Below are positions 37,993 through 48,050 of a stretch of 52,747 nt of DNA, piece after piece (position 1 is the first letter of the stretch; each line of letters begins with the position of its first letter). A program made the position numbers and the translations under genes. This DNA is from Gammaproteobacteria bacterium (GTDB lineage: Bacteria; Pseudomonadota; Gammaproteobacteria; GCA-001735895): NCBI GenBank assembly GCA_041569645.1, contig JBFFXR010000002.1:1-52747 (forward strand). Direction: 5' to 3'. A model generated the notes under the pieces. It did no database searches and was not told the origin of the DNA. It was given only the letters and a program-made list of their open reading frames with translations.

Positions 37993-38466
37993 ATGGTAAA
38001 GAAAAAGAGCAAGACGCCCGACAACACGATTGCGCAAAACCGGCTTGCCCGCCACGACTTTTTCATCGACGAAGACCTCGAGGTCGGGATCGCGCTCGAA
38101 GGCTGGGAAGTGAAGAGCCTGCGCGACGGCAAGCTGCAACTCAAGGAAAGCTACGTGATGGTGAAAGATGGCGAGCTGTGGCTGATCGGCGCGCATATCA
38201 GCCCGCTGCCGAGCGCTTCGACCCACGTCAAGGCCGATCCGACGCGCAGCCGAAAGTTGCTCGCGCACCGGGGCGAGATCGATCGTTTGACCGGGCTGGT
38301 CGAGCGTCGCGGTTACACGCTGATCGCGCTGGCGGCCTACTGGAGCCGCGGCCGGGCGAAGCTAAAGCTCGGAATCGCGCGCGGCAAGCGCGCCCACGAC
38401 AAACGCGCCGCGGTCAAGGATCGCGACTGGAAGCGCGATCAGGCGCGGATTATGAAATCGTCCTGA
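37993..38466 (+). CDS. smpB: SsrA-binding protein SmpB
   Basis: 157 aa from ATG at 37993 (MVKKKSKTPDNTIAQNRLARHDF...GWEVKSLR) within track ORF 37933..38466. Confidence 0.93.
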   Translation: MVKKKSKTPDNTIAQNRLARHDFFIDEDLEVGIALEGWEVKSLRDGKLQLKESYVMVKDGELWLIGAHISPLPSASTHVKADPTRSRKLLAHRGEIDRLTGLVERRGYTLIALAAYWSRGRAKLKLGIARGKRAHDKRAAVKDRDWKRDQARIMKSS

Positions 38467-38486
38467 TCCACGAATCCTGCCCGGAG

Positions 38487-39185
38487 TCACTTCCACGCCG
38501 GATCATCGTGCTGCTCGGCGAGAAACGCGGCATATTCCCGATCCGCCGCGAGCGAGGCCTCGTCGATCTGCCAGACCGCTAGCGGCGCGCCGGTTTCGAT
38601 CGGCAACGCGGCAGCCGGGCCGTCGGTCGATGTCTCGCCCTGCTCGGCATCGAGCCCGAGACTGGTCTGGCCGCCGGTCATCGCCAGATAGACGTCGGCG
38701 AGAATCCGCGCGTCGAGCAACGCACCGTGCAGACTGCGATGGCTATTGTCGATCTCGTAACGCTTGCACAATGCATCGAGGTTGTTTTTTTGCCCCGGGT
38801 GTTTCTGCCGCGCCAGCACCAGCGTATCGAGAATATCGCAGCGCAGCTCGACGCCGTCGGCCGGCGGATCGAGTCGCGCCAGCTCGTCGTTGAGAAAACC
38901 GACGTCGAATGGCGCGTTGTGAATGATCAGCTCCGCGCCGTCGACGTAGGCGAGGAAATCATCGGCCAGTTCGGCGAAGCGCGGCTTGTCGGCGACGAAC
39001 TCGTTGCTGATTCCGTGGACCTCGAAAGCACCGCTGTCGATCTCGCGTTCCGGATTCAGATAATGGTGCCAGTGGTTGCCGGTTACGCGGCGATTGACCA
39101 ACTCGACGCAACCGATCTCGATGATGCGGTGGCCGAGGCTGACTTCGAGCCCGGTGGTTTCGGTATCCAGCACGATTTGACGCAT
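38487..39185 (-). CDS. dnaQ: DNA polymerase III subunit epsilon
   Basis: [13 protein letters not shown] (Exo I), IHNAPFDVGFL (Exo II), HGALLDARILADVY (Exo III). The ATG overlaps the rnhA stop (TGATG). Confidence 0.93.
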   Translation of the reverse strand: MRQIVLDTETTGLEVSLGHRIIEIGCVELVNRRVTGNHWHHYLNPEREIDSGAFEVHGISNEFVADKPRFAELADDFLAYVDGAELIIHNAPFDVGFLNDELARLDPPADGVELRCDILDTLVLARQKHPGQKNNLDALCKRYEIDNSHRSLHGALLDARILADVYLAMTGGQTSLGLDAEQGETSTDGPAAALPIETGAPLAVWQIDEASLAADREYAAFLAEQHDDPAWK

Positions 39186-39625
39186 CAATTCATCTCCGCA
39201 TCTATGGCTTCATTGGCCAGCCGGTCGGCCAGCTCGTTATCGGCGACCCCGGCATGCGCCTTGACCCAACGCCAGTCGACCGAGTGGCGGGCGGCCTCGC
39301 TGTCCAGCCGACGCCATAAATCGTCGTTCTTGACCGGCTTGCGCGCCGCGGTTTTCCAGCCGTTGCGCTTCCAGTTCGCGAGCCACTCGCTGATGCCCTG
39401 CATGACGTACTTCGAGTCGGTATGCACGACGACTTCGCAAGGTCGCCTGAGCGCGCGCAATCCCTCGATCACCGCGGTCAGCTCCATGCGGTTGTTGGTG
39501 GTTTCGCGGTCGAATCCGGACAGCGTCTTGCAGCGGTCGCGATAGCGCATGACGACGCCCCAGCCGCCCGGCCCCGGGTTGCCGCGACAGGCGCCGTCGG
39601 TATGCATAACGACCTGCTCGGACAC
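39185..39625 (-). CDS. rnhA: ribonuclease HI
   Basis: 146 aa; [45 protein letters not shown]. Confidence 0.94.
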   Translation of the reverse strand: MSEQVVMHTDGACRGNPGPGGWGVVMRYRDRCKTLSGFDRETTNNRMELTAVIEGLRALRRPCEVVVHTDSKYVMQGISEWLANWKRNGWKTAARKPVKNDDLWRRLDSEAARHSVDWRWVKAHAGVADNELADRLANEAIDAEMN

Positions 39626-39675
39626 GTCAGAACAGGCGCGCCGTCGGCGATCCCGGCGCGAGATCGCGCCGGCGT

Positions 39676-40440
39676 TCAGCGATCATATCTCATACCGCGC
39701 CCGGCGGTGGGGCGCGCGATATTGCCGGGCAGGATCTTGCGCGTAACCCAGCGGTGGCGAACCGGTGTCAGCGGCGAAATGTTTTTCGTGTAGACCAGCA
39801 GGTTCAGCGCGCCGAGCACCGGCAGCCATCGGCGGGTGCCTTTTTCGAGCCACCCCAGATGACGGGTCAGCGAGGTCTTCTGGATCGGCGGCAGGTAGCC
39901 GACCCGGTAGTGCCGCTCCTGGTCGAACACCAGCAATCGCATCCAGTCGTCGATGCGGCGCGCGGTGTAATAGTGTCCGTTGAAAGGCACGTGCTCGAGC
40001 CAGGACTGCAGCAGGTTACGCAAGCCCCACAACGACACCGGGTTGAAATCGATGATCACCAGCTTGCCTTCGGGAATCAGGATGCGAAAGGATTCACGCA
40101 GGATCGCGTGCGGTTCACTGGTATTCGATAAATGATGCATCAGAATCACGAGGTCGACGCTGTCCGACGCCACCGGCAGCATCGACGGATTGGCCCTGAC
40201 CTGCGCATTCGAGGGCAAGTCGTCGAGCGTGAACTGGTGTTTGACGCGACAACCGTCCTGCAGGCGGGCGGCGAGCCCGGTGCAGCCGACCTGCAGCGAG
40301 TAGTAACCGAAGGTAGTCGAGAGAATCGGGTTCAGGCGTTCGACGAGCTCGTTGAACAGGTATTGCCCGGTTTCACTCGCATACCACTCGTCGATTGTGC
40401 GAAATCCTTTTCTTTCAGAGGCTTGTCTCCAAAATCTCAT
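39676..40440 (-). CDS. class I SAM-dependent methyltransferase (YafS-like, conserved neighbour of rnhA)
   Basis: 254 aa; position next to rnhA/dnaQ and mltD as in E. coli yafS; [12 protein letters not shown] and [14 protein letters not shown] resemble methyltransferase motifs. Confidence 0.7.
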   Translation of the reverse strand: MRFWRQASERKGFRTIDEWYASETGQYLFNELVERLNPILSTTFGYYSLQVGCTGLAARLQDGCRVKHQFTLDDLPSNAQVRANPSMLPVASDSVDLVILMHHLSNTSEPHAILRESFRILIPEGKLVIIDFNPVSLWGLRNLLQSWLEHVPFNGHYYTARRIDDWMRLLVFDQERHYRVGYLPPIQKTSLTRHLGWLEKGTRRWLPVLGALNLLVYTKNISPLTPVRHRWVTRKILPGNIARPTAGRGMRYDR

Positions 40441-40503
40441 TTGAAACTTACGAATCGGGGGTTACAATCAAGGTATTCTAGCCACTAACAACAAACGTTA
40501 CTA

Positions 40504-42288
40504 ATGTTTCTCAGGCTCAAGCCTCTGCGCGAGCAACGGAAGATTCTGATTCCGTCCGTGCTCGCCCTCGCCGTTGGCGCCTGCGCCAGCCTTACCCCCG
40601 CCGATCGCAGCGCTGTGCCGGCGGTGGTCGACGGCTATTCGCTCGACGAGATCGACGCGAGCCAGCATCGCGATTTCGACGACTTCAGCGCCGCCGCGGC
40701 GCGCCAGGCCGAGCGCGAAGCCGATCCCTACGATGCTCCCGATTTCAGCCAGTTCGAGCGCCCCGTGCCGATCGATCTCGACATCGAAATCGCGGCCGCA
40801 GAATACGAGGCAACGCAGCGTCGCGAGGCACTGATCGTCGCCGAGATCAAGCAGCGCCTGCGCGCGACCCGCAGCGAACACAGCGCCTGGTTCCGCCTGC
40901 GCGACGGCATGCAGCTCGAACCGGTCATGAACAAGCGCGTCGAGACCCAGCTCAAATGGTACCTCGACCACCCCGGTTACCTGCAGCGGGTCATGCAACG
41001 CGCGCGACCGATCCTGCCCTTCGTGCTCGACGAACTGGAGGATCGCGGCCTGCCCACCGAGATCGCCCTGCTGCCGATCGTCGAATCGGCTTACCAGGCA
41101 TTCGCCTACTCGCATGGTCGCGCTTCGGGTATGTGGCAAATCATCCCATCGACCGGGCGCCTGCTCGGCCTCAAGCAAAACTGGTGGTACGACGGCCGCC
41201 GCGACATCATCGAGTCGACGCGCGCGGCCATCAATTATCTCGAAAGCCTTGCAGCTACTTTCGACGGCGACTGGGAACTGGCGCTCGCCGCGTACAATGC
41301 CGGCCCGGGCAAGATTCGCAATGCCGTGCGCTACAATAAGAAGCGCAAGCGCCCGACCGATTTCTGGCACCTGACCAAGATCCGCCGCGAAACCCGCGCC
41401 TACGTGCCGAAACTGTTCGCGCTCAAGGAGCTGTTTTCGCATCCCGAGCGCTACGGCCTCGACCTGGTTCCGATCAACAACGAAGTCGACTACGAAATTG
41501 TCGAACTCGACGGTCAGATCGACCTCGCGCTAGCGGCCGAACTCGCCGAGATTTCGATCAATCAGCTCTACCAGCTCAACCCGGCGTTTAACCGCTGGGC
41601 GACGGCACCTGGCGGACCGCACCGCCTGCTGCTGCCGCGCGGCAAGGCCGAGAGCTTTCGTACCGCCGTCGCCGAGGTTCCGGCCAACCAGCGCATCAAC
41701 TGGGTTCGCCACAAGATCGGGAACGGCGAGACCTTGAGCCACATCGCGCGCAAGTACCGTACGACCATCCCGCTGATCCGGGAAGTCAACAATATCCGCG
41801 GCACGCAAATTCGCGCCGGCAAGTACCTGACGATTCCGACCGCAACCAAGTCGCTGCAGACCTATACGCTGAGCGAATCGTCGCGCGTCGCGCGCATCCA
41901 GAACACTTCGCGCAAGGGCAAGAAGCTGGTTCACGTTGTGCGACCGGGGCAAAGCCTGTGGTCCATCTCGCGCAGCTACGGTGTCTCGACCCGCCAGCTG
42001 GCCAAGTGGAATGCGATGGCGCCGATCGATACCTTGCGCGTCGGGCAAAAGCTCGTGGTCTGGACACGCGACGATGTCGCCCGGGCCCTGAGCGTCAACC
42101 AGACGCGCCCGAGCAACGCGCTGCACGCGCTGCGCTATACCGTGCGCAAGGGTGATTCGCTGTATCGTATCGCCAATAAATTCAACATCAGCGTCGCCGA
42201 TATCAAGCGCTGGAACAAGGTCGGCAAATATCTGCAGCCGGGACAGAAACTGAAACTTTACGTCGACATTACGCAGCAATCCGGGTAA
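40504..42288 (+). CDS. mltD: membrane-bound lytic murein transglycosylase D (SLT domain plus three LysM repeats)
   Basis: 594 aa; lipobox-like LALAVGAC, SLT catalytic region LLPIVESAYQAFAYSHGRASGMWQIIPSTG, AAYNAGPG, three LysM repeats (HKIGNGETLSHIARKY, HVVRPGQSLWSISRSY, YTVRKGDSLYRIANKF). Confidence 0.9.
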   Translation: MFLRLKPLREQRKILIPSVLALAVGACASLTPADRSAVPAVVDGYSLDEIDASQHRDFDDFSAAAARQAEREADPYDAPDFSQFERPVPIDLDIEIAAAEYEATQRREALIVAEIKQRLRATRSEHSAWFRLRDGMQLEPVMNKRVETQLKWYLDHPGYLQRVMQRARPILPFVLDELEDRGLPTEIALLPIVESAYQAFAYSHGRASGMWQIIPSTGRLLGLKQNWWYDGRRDIIESTRAAINYLESLAATFDGDWELALAAYNAGPGKIRNAVRYNKKRKRPTDFWHLTKIRRETRAYVPKLFALKELFSHPERYGLDLVPINNEVDYEIVELDGQIDLALAAELAEISINQLYQLNPAFNRWATAPGGPHRLLLPRGKAESFRTAVAEVPANQRINWVRHKIGNGETLSHIARKYRTTIPLIREVNNIRGTQIRAGKYLTIPTATKSLQTYTLSESSRVARIQNTSRKGKKLVHVVRPGQSLWSISRSYGVSTRQLAKWNAMAPIDTLRVGQKLVVWTRDDVARALSVNQTRPSNALHALRYTVRKGDSLYRIANKFNISVADIKRWNKVGKYLQPGQKLKLYVDITQQSG

Positions 42289-42404
42289 TCCACGCGTGCC
42301 CGCGAAGCTGTTTTTACTTTTTCCTGCGAACGGTTGCTTTATCAAGAACCAGCGGCCAAAATAGCTTCTTGCCACGCAATTGGTAAAGGATTCTGCGAAA
42401 CACC

Positions 42405-43460
42405 ATGAGCCTAGAGATCGATCCCAAACAGATAAAAACGCTCTCGCCGATCAATTCGCTGAATCCAGAAAACGCTCAAGAATTAATCAAAAAAATCAGC
42501 GCGACCGCGGTTCAACCAGGGCATTACCTGTTCAAGAAAGGCGATTCCGAAAAGTGTCACGTCTACGTCCTCAAGGGCGAGGTCGAACTGGTACAGGACA
42601 AGAAAGTCATCAAGGTGATCAAGGCCGGTTCGCCCGAAGGCTTGCAACCGCTGGCGCATGGTTTTCCGCGGCCCGTATCGGCGCGAGCCAAATCGGAAGT
42701 CGTGATTACCAAAATCAACAGCGACATGCTCGATATCATGCTGACCTGGGACCAGACCGGCAGCTACTCGGTCGAGGCGGTCGACGAAGAAGACGAGGAA
42801 ACCGACTGGATGACGCGCATTCTGCAGACTCGCGCGTTCCACCGGATACCGCCGGCCAATATCCAGGCGATGTTCATGCGCATGGAATCGGTCGGCTTCA
42901 AGCCCGGCGACAAGATCATCGAGCAGGACGACGAGGGCGACTATTTCTACATCATCAAGGAAGGCCGCTGCCTGGTCACCCGCTCGACACCGGCCAACCC
43001 GAAGGGCGTCAAGCTCGCGACTCTGTCGGTCGGCGACAGCTTCGGCGAGGAAGCCCTGATCTCCGACAGCAAGCGCAACGCCACGGTCACGATGCTGACC
43101 GAGGGCAGCCTGATGCGCCTCGGCAAGGAAGATTTCAATTCGCTGCTCAACGAGCCCTTGCTGAACTGGGTCGATTACGACGAAGCCAGGAAGCTGGTTG
43201 CCGACGGCGCGGTCTGGTTCGACGTGCGGCTGCCGACCGAACACAAGGCCAAGCACATCAAGGGCAGCATCAACATTCCGCTGATTTTTTTGCGCATGAA
43301 GGCGAACTCGCTCGACGCGAACAAGAAGTACGTCATTTATTGCGACACCGGCCGCCGCAGCTCGGCGGCATCATTTCTGCTGAACGAAAAGGACATCGAG
43401 TCTTTCGTGCTACGTGACGGCGTCGATACCGCCGAGCCCGGCGATCTCGTTTCCGCCTGA
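42405..43460 (+). CDS. tandem cyclic-nucleotide-binding domains fused to a rhodanese domain
   Basis: 351 aa. CNB-1 is degenerate. CNB-2 has SFGEEALISDSKRNATV (FGE...R-x-A phosphate-binding cassette). The C-terminal rhodanese has the active-site loop YCDTGRRS. Confidence 0.8.
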   Translation: MSLEIDPKQIKTLSPINSLNPENAQELIKKISATAVQPGHYLFKKGDSEKCHVYVLKGEVELVQDKKVIKVIKAGSPEGLQPLAHGFPRPVSARAKSEVVITKINSDMLDIMLTWDQTGSYSVEAVDEEDEETDWMTRILQTRAFHRIPPANIQAMFMRMESVGFKPGDKIIEQDDEGDYFYIIKEGRCLVTRSTPANPKGVKLATLSVGDSFGEEALISDSKRNATVTMLTEGSLMRLGKEDFNSLLNEPLLNWVDYDEARKLVADGAVWFDVRLPTEHKAKHIKGSINIPLIFLRMKANSLDANKKYVIYCDTGRRSSAASFLLNEKDIESFVLRDGVDTAEPGDLVSA

Positions 43461-43466
43461 ATGGCG

Positions 43467-45077
43467 TCAGGCCGACGCCGCGTAACCCGGAATCGCCGAC
43501 TCGTCGATTTCGTCGATCTGTTCCGGCAATAGAAATTCCCTGGCGTAATCGAGATAGACTTTTTCGCGAATGAAAATATCGAAGATATCCGGATCGATGT
43601 GGTTGTCCCTTTTCATGAAACCCATGATCCGGAGACATTCGGACAGGGTCTTGCCCTGCTTGTAGGGCCGGTCGCTGGCGGTCAACGCCTCGAAAATATC
43701 GGCGATCGCCATGATCCGCGCCTGCACCGACATATCTTCGCGACGCAGCCCGCGCGGATACCCCGTGCCGTCCATCTTCTCGTGGTGGCCGCCGGCATAC
43801 TCCGGCACGTTTTGCAGGTTTTTCGGAAACGGTAGCGATTCGAGCATCTTGATCGTCGCGACGATATGATGGTTGATGACCTTGCGTTCGCTGTCGTTGA
43901 GCGTGCCGCGCTTGATACAAAGATTCGTGACTTCGTCTTCGTTCAATAGCGGCCGCCGCTCGCCACTCGCGTCGGTCCATTCGATTCGCGCCAGCCGCTC
44001 GACCCGAGCGATGTCTTCGTCGCGCATGAATTCGCCGCCGATATTGACATGGCGCAAAAATTCCAGGTCTTGCTGCAGCTCAACGCAGTAGTTCTCGAAG
44101 GCCTGGCGCCGGCGTTTGCGTTCGGCGTCGCTCGAATCATTTTCGAGGCATGCCCTGAGGTAGTCGTTCTCGGCGTCGCGCCGCAGCAGTTCGAAGCGGG
44201 TTTCGAGAAGCTGGATTCGATCGCAAATCGTCTCGAGCTTGGTCGCCTTGTCCATCACGTACTCCGGCGTGACGACCTTGCCGCAATCGTGCAGCCAGGC
44301 CGCCGTCTCGAGCTCGTAACGATCCTTGGCGTCGATATGAAAATCTTTCAGCGGCCCCTGGTCGGTGCGATGCGCGGCTTCCGCCAGCATCATCGTCAGC
44401 ACCGGAATGCGGCGGCAATGACCGCCGGTATAAGGCGATTTATCGTCGATCGCCGACGCAATCATGCGGATGAAGGATTCGAACAGTTCGCGCAACTCGT
44501 TGATCAGTCGCCGCTGGGTCAGCGCGACCGCGGCCTGCGAGGCCAGCGACTCGGCGAGTTGCTGCTCGACATCGCGAAATTCGACCACCTCGCCGCTGGT
44601 GGAATCGCGCGCGTTGATCAACTGCAAGGCGCCGATTATTTCCTGTTCATGGTCCTTGAGCGGAAAGGTCAACATCGACTGCGTGCGATAGCCGGTCTGG
44701 GCGTCGAAACTGCGCGTACCGCTGAAATCGAAACCGTCCTCGTTGTAGGCGTCGGCGATATTGACCGTCTCGCCCGATAACACGCAATGGGTGACGACAT
44801 TGCTGTGATTTTCTTCGCCGTCGACGCATAGCGGGATCGCCGGAAAAGTGATCTCGCTGCCCGAAGCGCCGCCCATCTGGATGTCGAGCGAGTCGTTCGA
44901 AATGATCTCGAAACTGAGTTCACCGTTATTGACGAAGTACAGCGATCCACCGTCCGCATGGGTCAACGACTTCGCGCCCATCATGATCAGCTCGAGTAAT
45001 TTCGGCGTATCGGTTTCGGCTGAAAGCGCGATTCCGATTTCGTTGAGACGATCAATTCTATCGAGCAATTCGGACAT
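43467..45077 (-). CDS. GAF domain plus HD-GYP domain protein (putative c-di-GMP phosphodiesterase)
   Basis: ATG at 45077 (MSELLDRIDRLNEIGIAL) within track ORF 43467..45134. N-terminal GAF; AAWLHDCGKV (HD) and GGHHEKMDGTGYPRGL (GYP). Confidence 0.85.
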   Translation of the reverse strand: MSELLDRIDRLNEIGIALSAETDTPKLLELIMMGAKSLTHADGGSLYFVNNGELSFEIISNDSLDIQMGGASGSEITFPAIPLCVDGEENHSNVVTHCVLSGETVNIADAYNEDGFDFSGTRSFDAQTGYRTQSMLTFPLKDHEQEIIGALQLINARDSTSGEVVEFRDVEQQLAESLASQAAVALTQRRLINELRELFESFIRMIASAIDDKSPYTGGHCRRIPVLTMMLAEAAHRTDQGPLKDFHIDAKDRYELETAAWLHDCGKVVTPEYVMDKATKLETICDRIQLLETRFELLRRDAENDYLRACLENDSSDAERKRRRQAFENYCVELQQDLEFLRHVNIGGEFMRDEDIARVERLARIEWTDASGERRPLLNEDEVTNLCIKRGTLNDSERKVINHHIVATIKMLESLPFPKNLQNVPEYAGGHHEKMDGTGYPRGLRREDMSVQARIMAIADIFEALTASDRPYKQGKTLSECLRIMGFMKRDNHIDPDIFDIFIREKVYLDYAREFLLPEQIDEIDESAIPGYAASA

Positions 45078-45210
45078 TTCTGTTACGCCGACGCATCGCC
45101 GGCAACGAGTTTGCGGACCGACTGCGAGACTCAATCTATTCTAGGTTACTCGCCCGGCATTTCAATTGCGCCGGGAGTAAATAATTGGCCTTTACACTGG
45201 TAAAAAAGTG

Positions 45211-45257
45211 ACGACAACCTTATAGTTGTCCGCGATCGCACGACAAATGAACGACAA
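45211..45257 (+). repeat. three direct copies of ACGACAA in the divergent promoter region (a fourth, ACGACAC, lies at 45389-45395)
   Basis: ACGACAA at 45211-45217, 45240-45246 and 45251-45257. Copy 1 is part of the inverted repeat GACAAC-cttata-GTTGTC (45213-45230). Confidence 0.45.
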
Positions 45258-45406
45258 CGGGGTCGCGAGCTGTTAAGCAGTTCAAGGCGTTTGCATAAAC
45301 GTTTGAAAATTATACGGTTTGGGCTACCTTTAAACCCGGGCCAATGTCCCATTCGACGCCTGCAAACTTGGGGCCGTTCAATAAGAAAACGACACTAGGA
45401 GACGGA

Positions 45407-48037
45407 ATGAAATCCCGTTTTTGGAGTAGCGATTGGTTTGCCGGACTACTGATTACAATCGTTGTCGTCGTCTTCTCGGGTACCGCCGCCTTCCAGGGTC
45501 TGGAACGCAATTTTTACGACTGGGGCGTGCGTTCGACCGAACGCCTGCCGTCCGACAAGGTCGCGATCATCGCGATCGACGACCAGAGCATCAATAACAT
45601 CGGCCGCTGGCCCTGGCCTCGCGATCTGCACGCCGAGCTGATCAATCGGCTTGCCGAAAGCGGCGCCAAGGTCGTCGGTCAAACCGTGTTTTTTCTCGAA
45701 CCGCAAGAAGATCCCGGAACCCTCTACATCCGTGAACTGATCGAGTTCTTTTCCAACGCCAGTTTCAACGATGTGCCCGCCGATGTCGACGCCTTGCGCG
45801 CGATGCTCGAGATCAAGGGCAATGATCGCGCGGTCGCCGAAATTCTCGAGTTCTATCTCCAGTCCAGCGTCAACACACGGCTGAGCCAGGATATCGAAAC
45901 GCTGAAGTCGAGCCTGTTCGAGGCCGAGCAGGCGCTCAACACCGACAACAAGCTCGCGCAAAGCCTCGCCGAGGCAAACAACGTCGTACTGGCGATGGTG
46001 TTTTATCTCGGAGTCCCGCGCGGCAAGCCCGATTCGGAACTGCCCGACTACGTGTTGCGCAACTCGCTCAACCAGATCCGCGACCGGATCTCGGCGCAGG
46101 CCAACGGCCTGTTTCCGATTCCGAGCATCAACGTGCTGCCGCCGATTCCGGAAATTGGCCGCCACGCCACGGCCATCGGGCACCTCAACACCCTGCCCGA
46201 TCTCGACGGCGGCGTGCGCTCCGAGCCGCTGGTATTGCAATATTATGATCGTTTTTTTCCGTCGATCTCGCTGCAACTCGCGGCGAAAAGCCTGAATCTC
46301 GACGTCAACGACATTCGCGTCAACCTCGCGGAAAGCGTCGAGCTCGGCAGCCTGACGATCAAGACCGATACGCAGCTGCAAATGAACACCTTTTACTACT
46401 CGGACATCGAAGGATTTCCGGCCTTTCAGGTCGATTCCTTCTACGACGTTTTCAGCGGCAAGATTCCGCTCGACAAGTACCGCGACAAGATCGTGCTGAT
46501 CGGGCCGACCGCGACCGGCGTCGGCACGCCACAGGTAACCCCGATCGATCCGGCAATGGCGCCGGTTCTGACGCTCGCGCATTCGGTCTCGAGCATTCTG
46601 AACGAAGATTTTTTCATCGAACCGGAATGGGGCTTTTGGGCGCGCATGGGTGCCTTTTTGCTGATCGCGCTCTACCTGATGCTGTTGATGCCGAGACTCA
46701 AGGCCGGCGTCGCCTTCGTCGTCAGCTTCGCGCTGCTGCTGGCGCTGGTCGTGACCCACTACGTGCTGATGACGAACAACACGATGTGGGTACAATTGAT
46801 GACTCCGGGTGCGCTGCTCGTCATCGGCTACCTGTTGATCACGACCAAGCGCTTCCTCGTCACCGAGCGCGGCAAGGCCAGGTCGGATGTCGAGTCGGCC
46901 GAAAGCAATCGCATGCTCGGCATCGCATTCCAGACCCAGGGCCAGCTCGACATGGCCTTCGAAAAGTTTCGCAAGTGCAGCCCGGTGGACGAACAGGTGC
47001 TCGAGGCGATGTACAACCTTGCGCTCGATTTCGAGCGCAAGCGCCAGTTCAACAAGGCATCGTCGGTCTACCAGTACATGTCCAGGCACGACAAGGGATT
47101 TCGCGACATCGAGTCGCGCATGCAGCGTGCGCAAAAAATGGAGGAGACGGTCATGCTCGGCGGTAGCGGTGGTCACGCCGGCGGCACCCTGGTGCTCGAT
47201 GAAGGCGGGGTCGAGAAACCGATGCTCGGCCGATACGAAGTCGAAAAGGAACTCGGCAAGGGCGCGATGGGCATCGTCTACCTCGGCCGCGACCCGAAGA
47301 TAAGCCGCGTGGTCGCCATCAAGACGATGGCGCTGGCGCAGGAATTCGAAGAAGACGAACTCGACGAAGTCAAGGAACGATTCTTTCGCGAAGCCGAAAC
47401 CGCGGGCCGCCTGAATCATCCGTACATCGTCACGATTTACGATGCCGGCGAGGAACACGATCTCGCCTATATCGCGATGGAGTTCCTGCAGGGACAGGAC
47501 CTGACCCGCTACACCAAACCGGATAGTCTGCTGCCGATGTCGAAAGTCCTCAGCATCGTGCAGCGTGCCGCCGAGGGCCTCGATTTCGCGCATCAGCAAA
47601 ACGTCGTACACCGCGACATCAAGCCTGCCAATATCATGTGGGAGCCCGAATCCGACTCGCTGAAAATTACCGATTTTGGTATCGCGCGCATCACCGATTC
47701 GAGCAAAACCAAGACCGGCATGGTACTCGGCACGCCGTCGTACATGTCGCCCGAGCAACTGGCCGGCAAAAAGGTCGACGGCCGTTCCGACCTGTTCTCG
47801 CTCGGCGTCATGCTCTACCAGATGCTGTCCGGTTCGCTGCCGTTCAAGGCCGACTCGATGGCGAGCCTGATGTTCAAGATTACCAATGAGGACGCGCCCG
47901 ACGTGCGCACGATTCGTAGCGAAATTCCCGATGCCCTGGCCGCCGTGATCGAAAAGGCGCTCACCAAGGATGTTGATCAACGCTTCCAGACCGGAACCGA
48001 ATTTGCGAATGCACTCAAGGCATTCCTGAAACAGTAG
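45407..48037 (+). CDS. CHASE2 sensor - TM - TPR-like linker - Hanks-type Ser/Thr protein kinase
   Basis: ATG at 45407 (GGAGA RBS) within track ORF 45344..48037; 876 aa. CHASE2 signature IAIDDQSINNIGRWPWPRD. TM helices near FWARMGAFLLIALYLMLLM. Kinase motifs GKGAMGIVY, VAIK, HRDIKPAN, DFGIAR, GTPSYMSPE. Confidence 0.88.
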   Translation: MKSRFWSSDWFAGLLITIVVVVFSGTAAFQGLERNFYDWGVRSTERLPSDKVAIIAIDDQSINNIGRWPWPRDLHAELINRLAESGAKVVGQTVFFLEPQEDPGTLYIRELIEFFSNASFNDVPADVDALRAMLEIKGNDRAVAEILEFYLQSSVNTRLSQDIETLKSSLFEAEQALNTDNKLAQSLAEANNVVLAMVFYLGVPRGKPDSELPDYVLRNSLNQIRDRISAQANGLFPIPSINVLPPIPEIGRHATAIGHLNTLPDLDGGVRSEPLVLQYYDRFFPSISLQLAAKSLNLDVNDIRVNLAESVELGSLTIKTDTQLQMNTFYYSDIEGFPAFQVDSFYDVFSGKIPLDKYRDKIVLIGPTATGVGTPQVTPIDPAMAPVLTLAHSVSSILNEDFFIEPEWGFWARMGAFLLIALYLMLLMPRLKAGVAFVVSFALLLALVVTHYVLMTNNTMWVQLMTPGALLVIGYLLITTKRFLVTERGKARSDVESAESNRMLGIAFQTQGQLDMAFEKFRKCSPVDEQVLEAMYNLALDFERKRQFNKASSVYQYMSRHDKGFRDIESRMQRAQKMEETVMLGGSGGHAGGTLVLDEGGVEKPMLGRYEVEKELGKGAMGIVYLGRDPKISRVVAIKTMALAQEFEEDELDEVKERFFREAETAGRLNHPYIVTIYDAGEEHDLAYIAMEFLQGQDLTRYTKPDSLLPMSKVLSIVQRAAEGLDFAHQQNVVHRDIKPANIMWEPESDSLKITDFGIARITDSSKTKTGMVLGTPSYMSPEQLAGKKVDGRSDLFSLGVMLYQMLSGSLPFKADSMASLMFKITNEDAPDVRTIRSEIPDALAAVIEKALTKDVDQRFQTGTEFANALKAFLKQ

Positions 48038-48050
48038 TCTCGCCGGCTCG

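Noticed and set aside
45146-45352. 68-aa basic ORF (minus strand) inside the AT-rich divergent intergenic region.
   Set aside because: No convincing RBS and no motif. It spans the repeat and hairpin elements that look regulatory. Kept only as a possibility under the intergenic-region finding.
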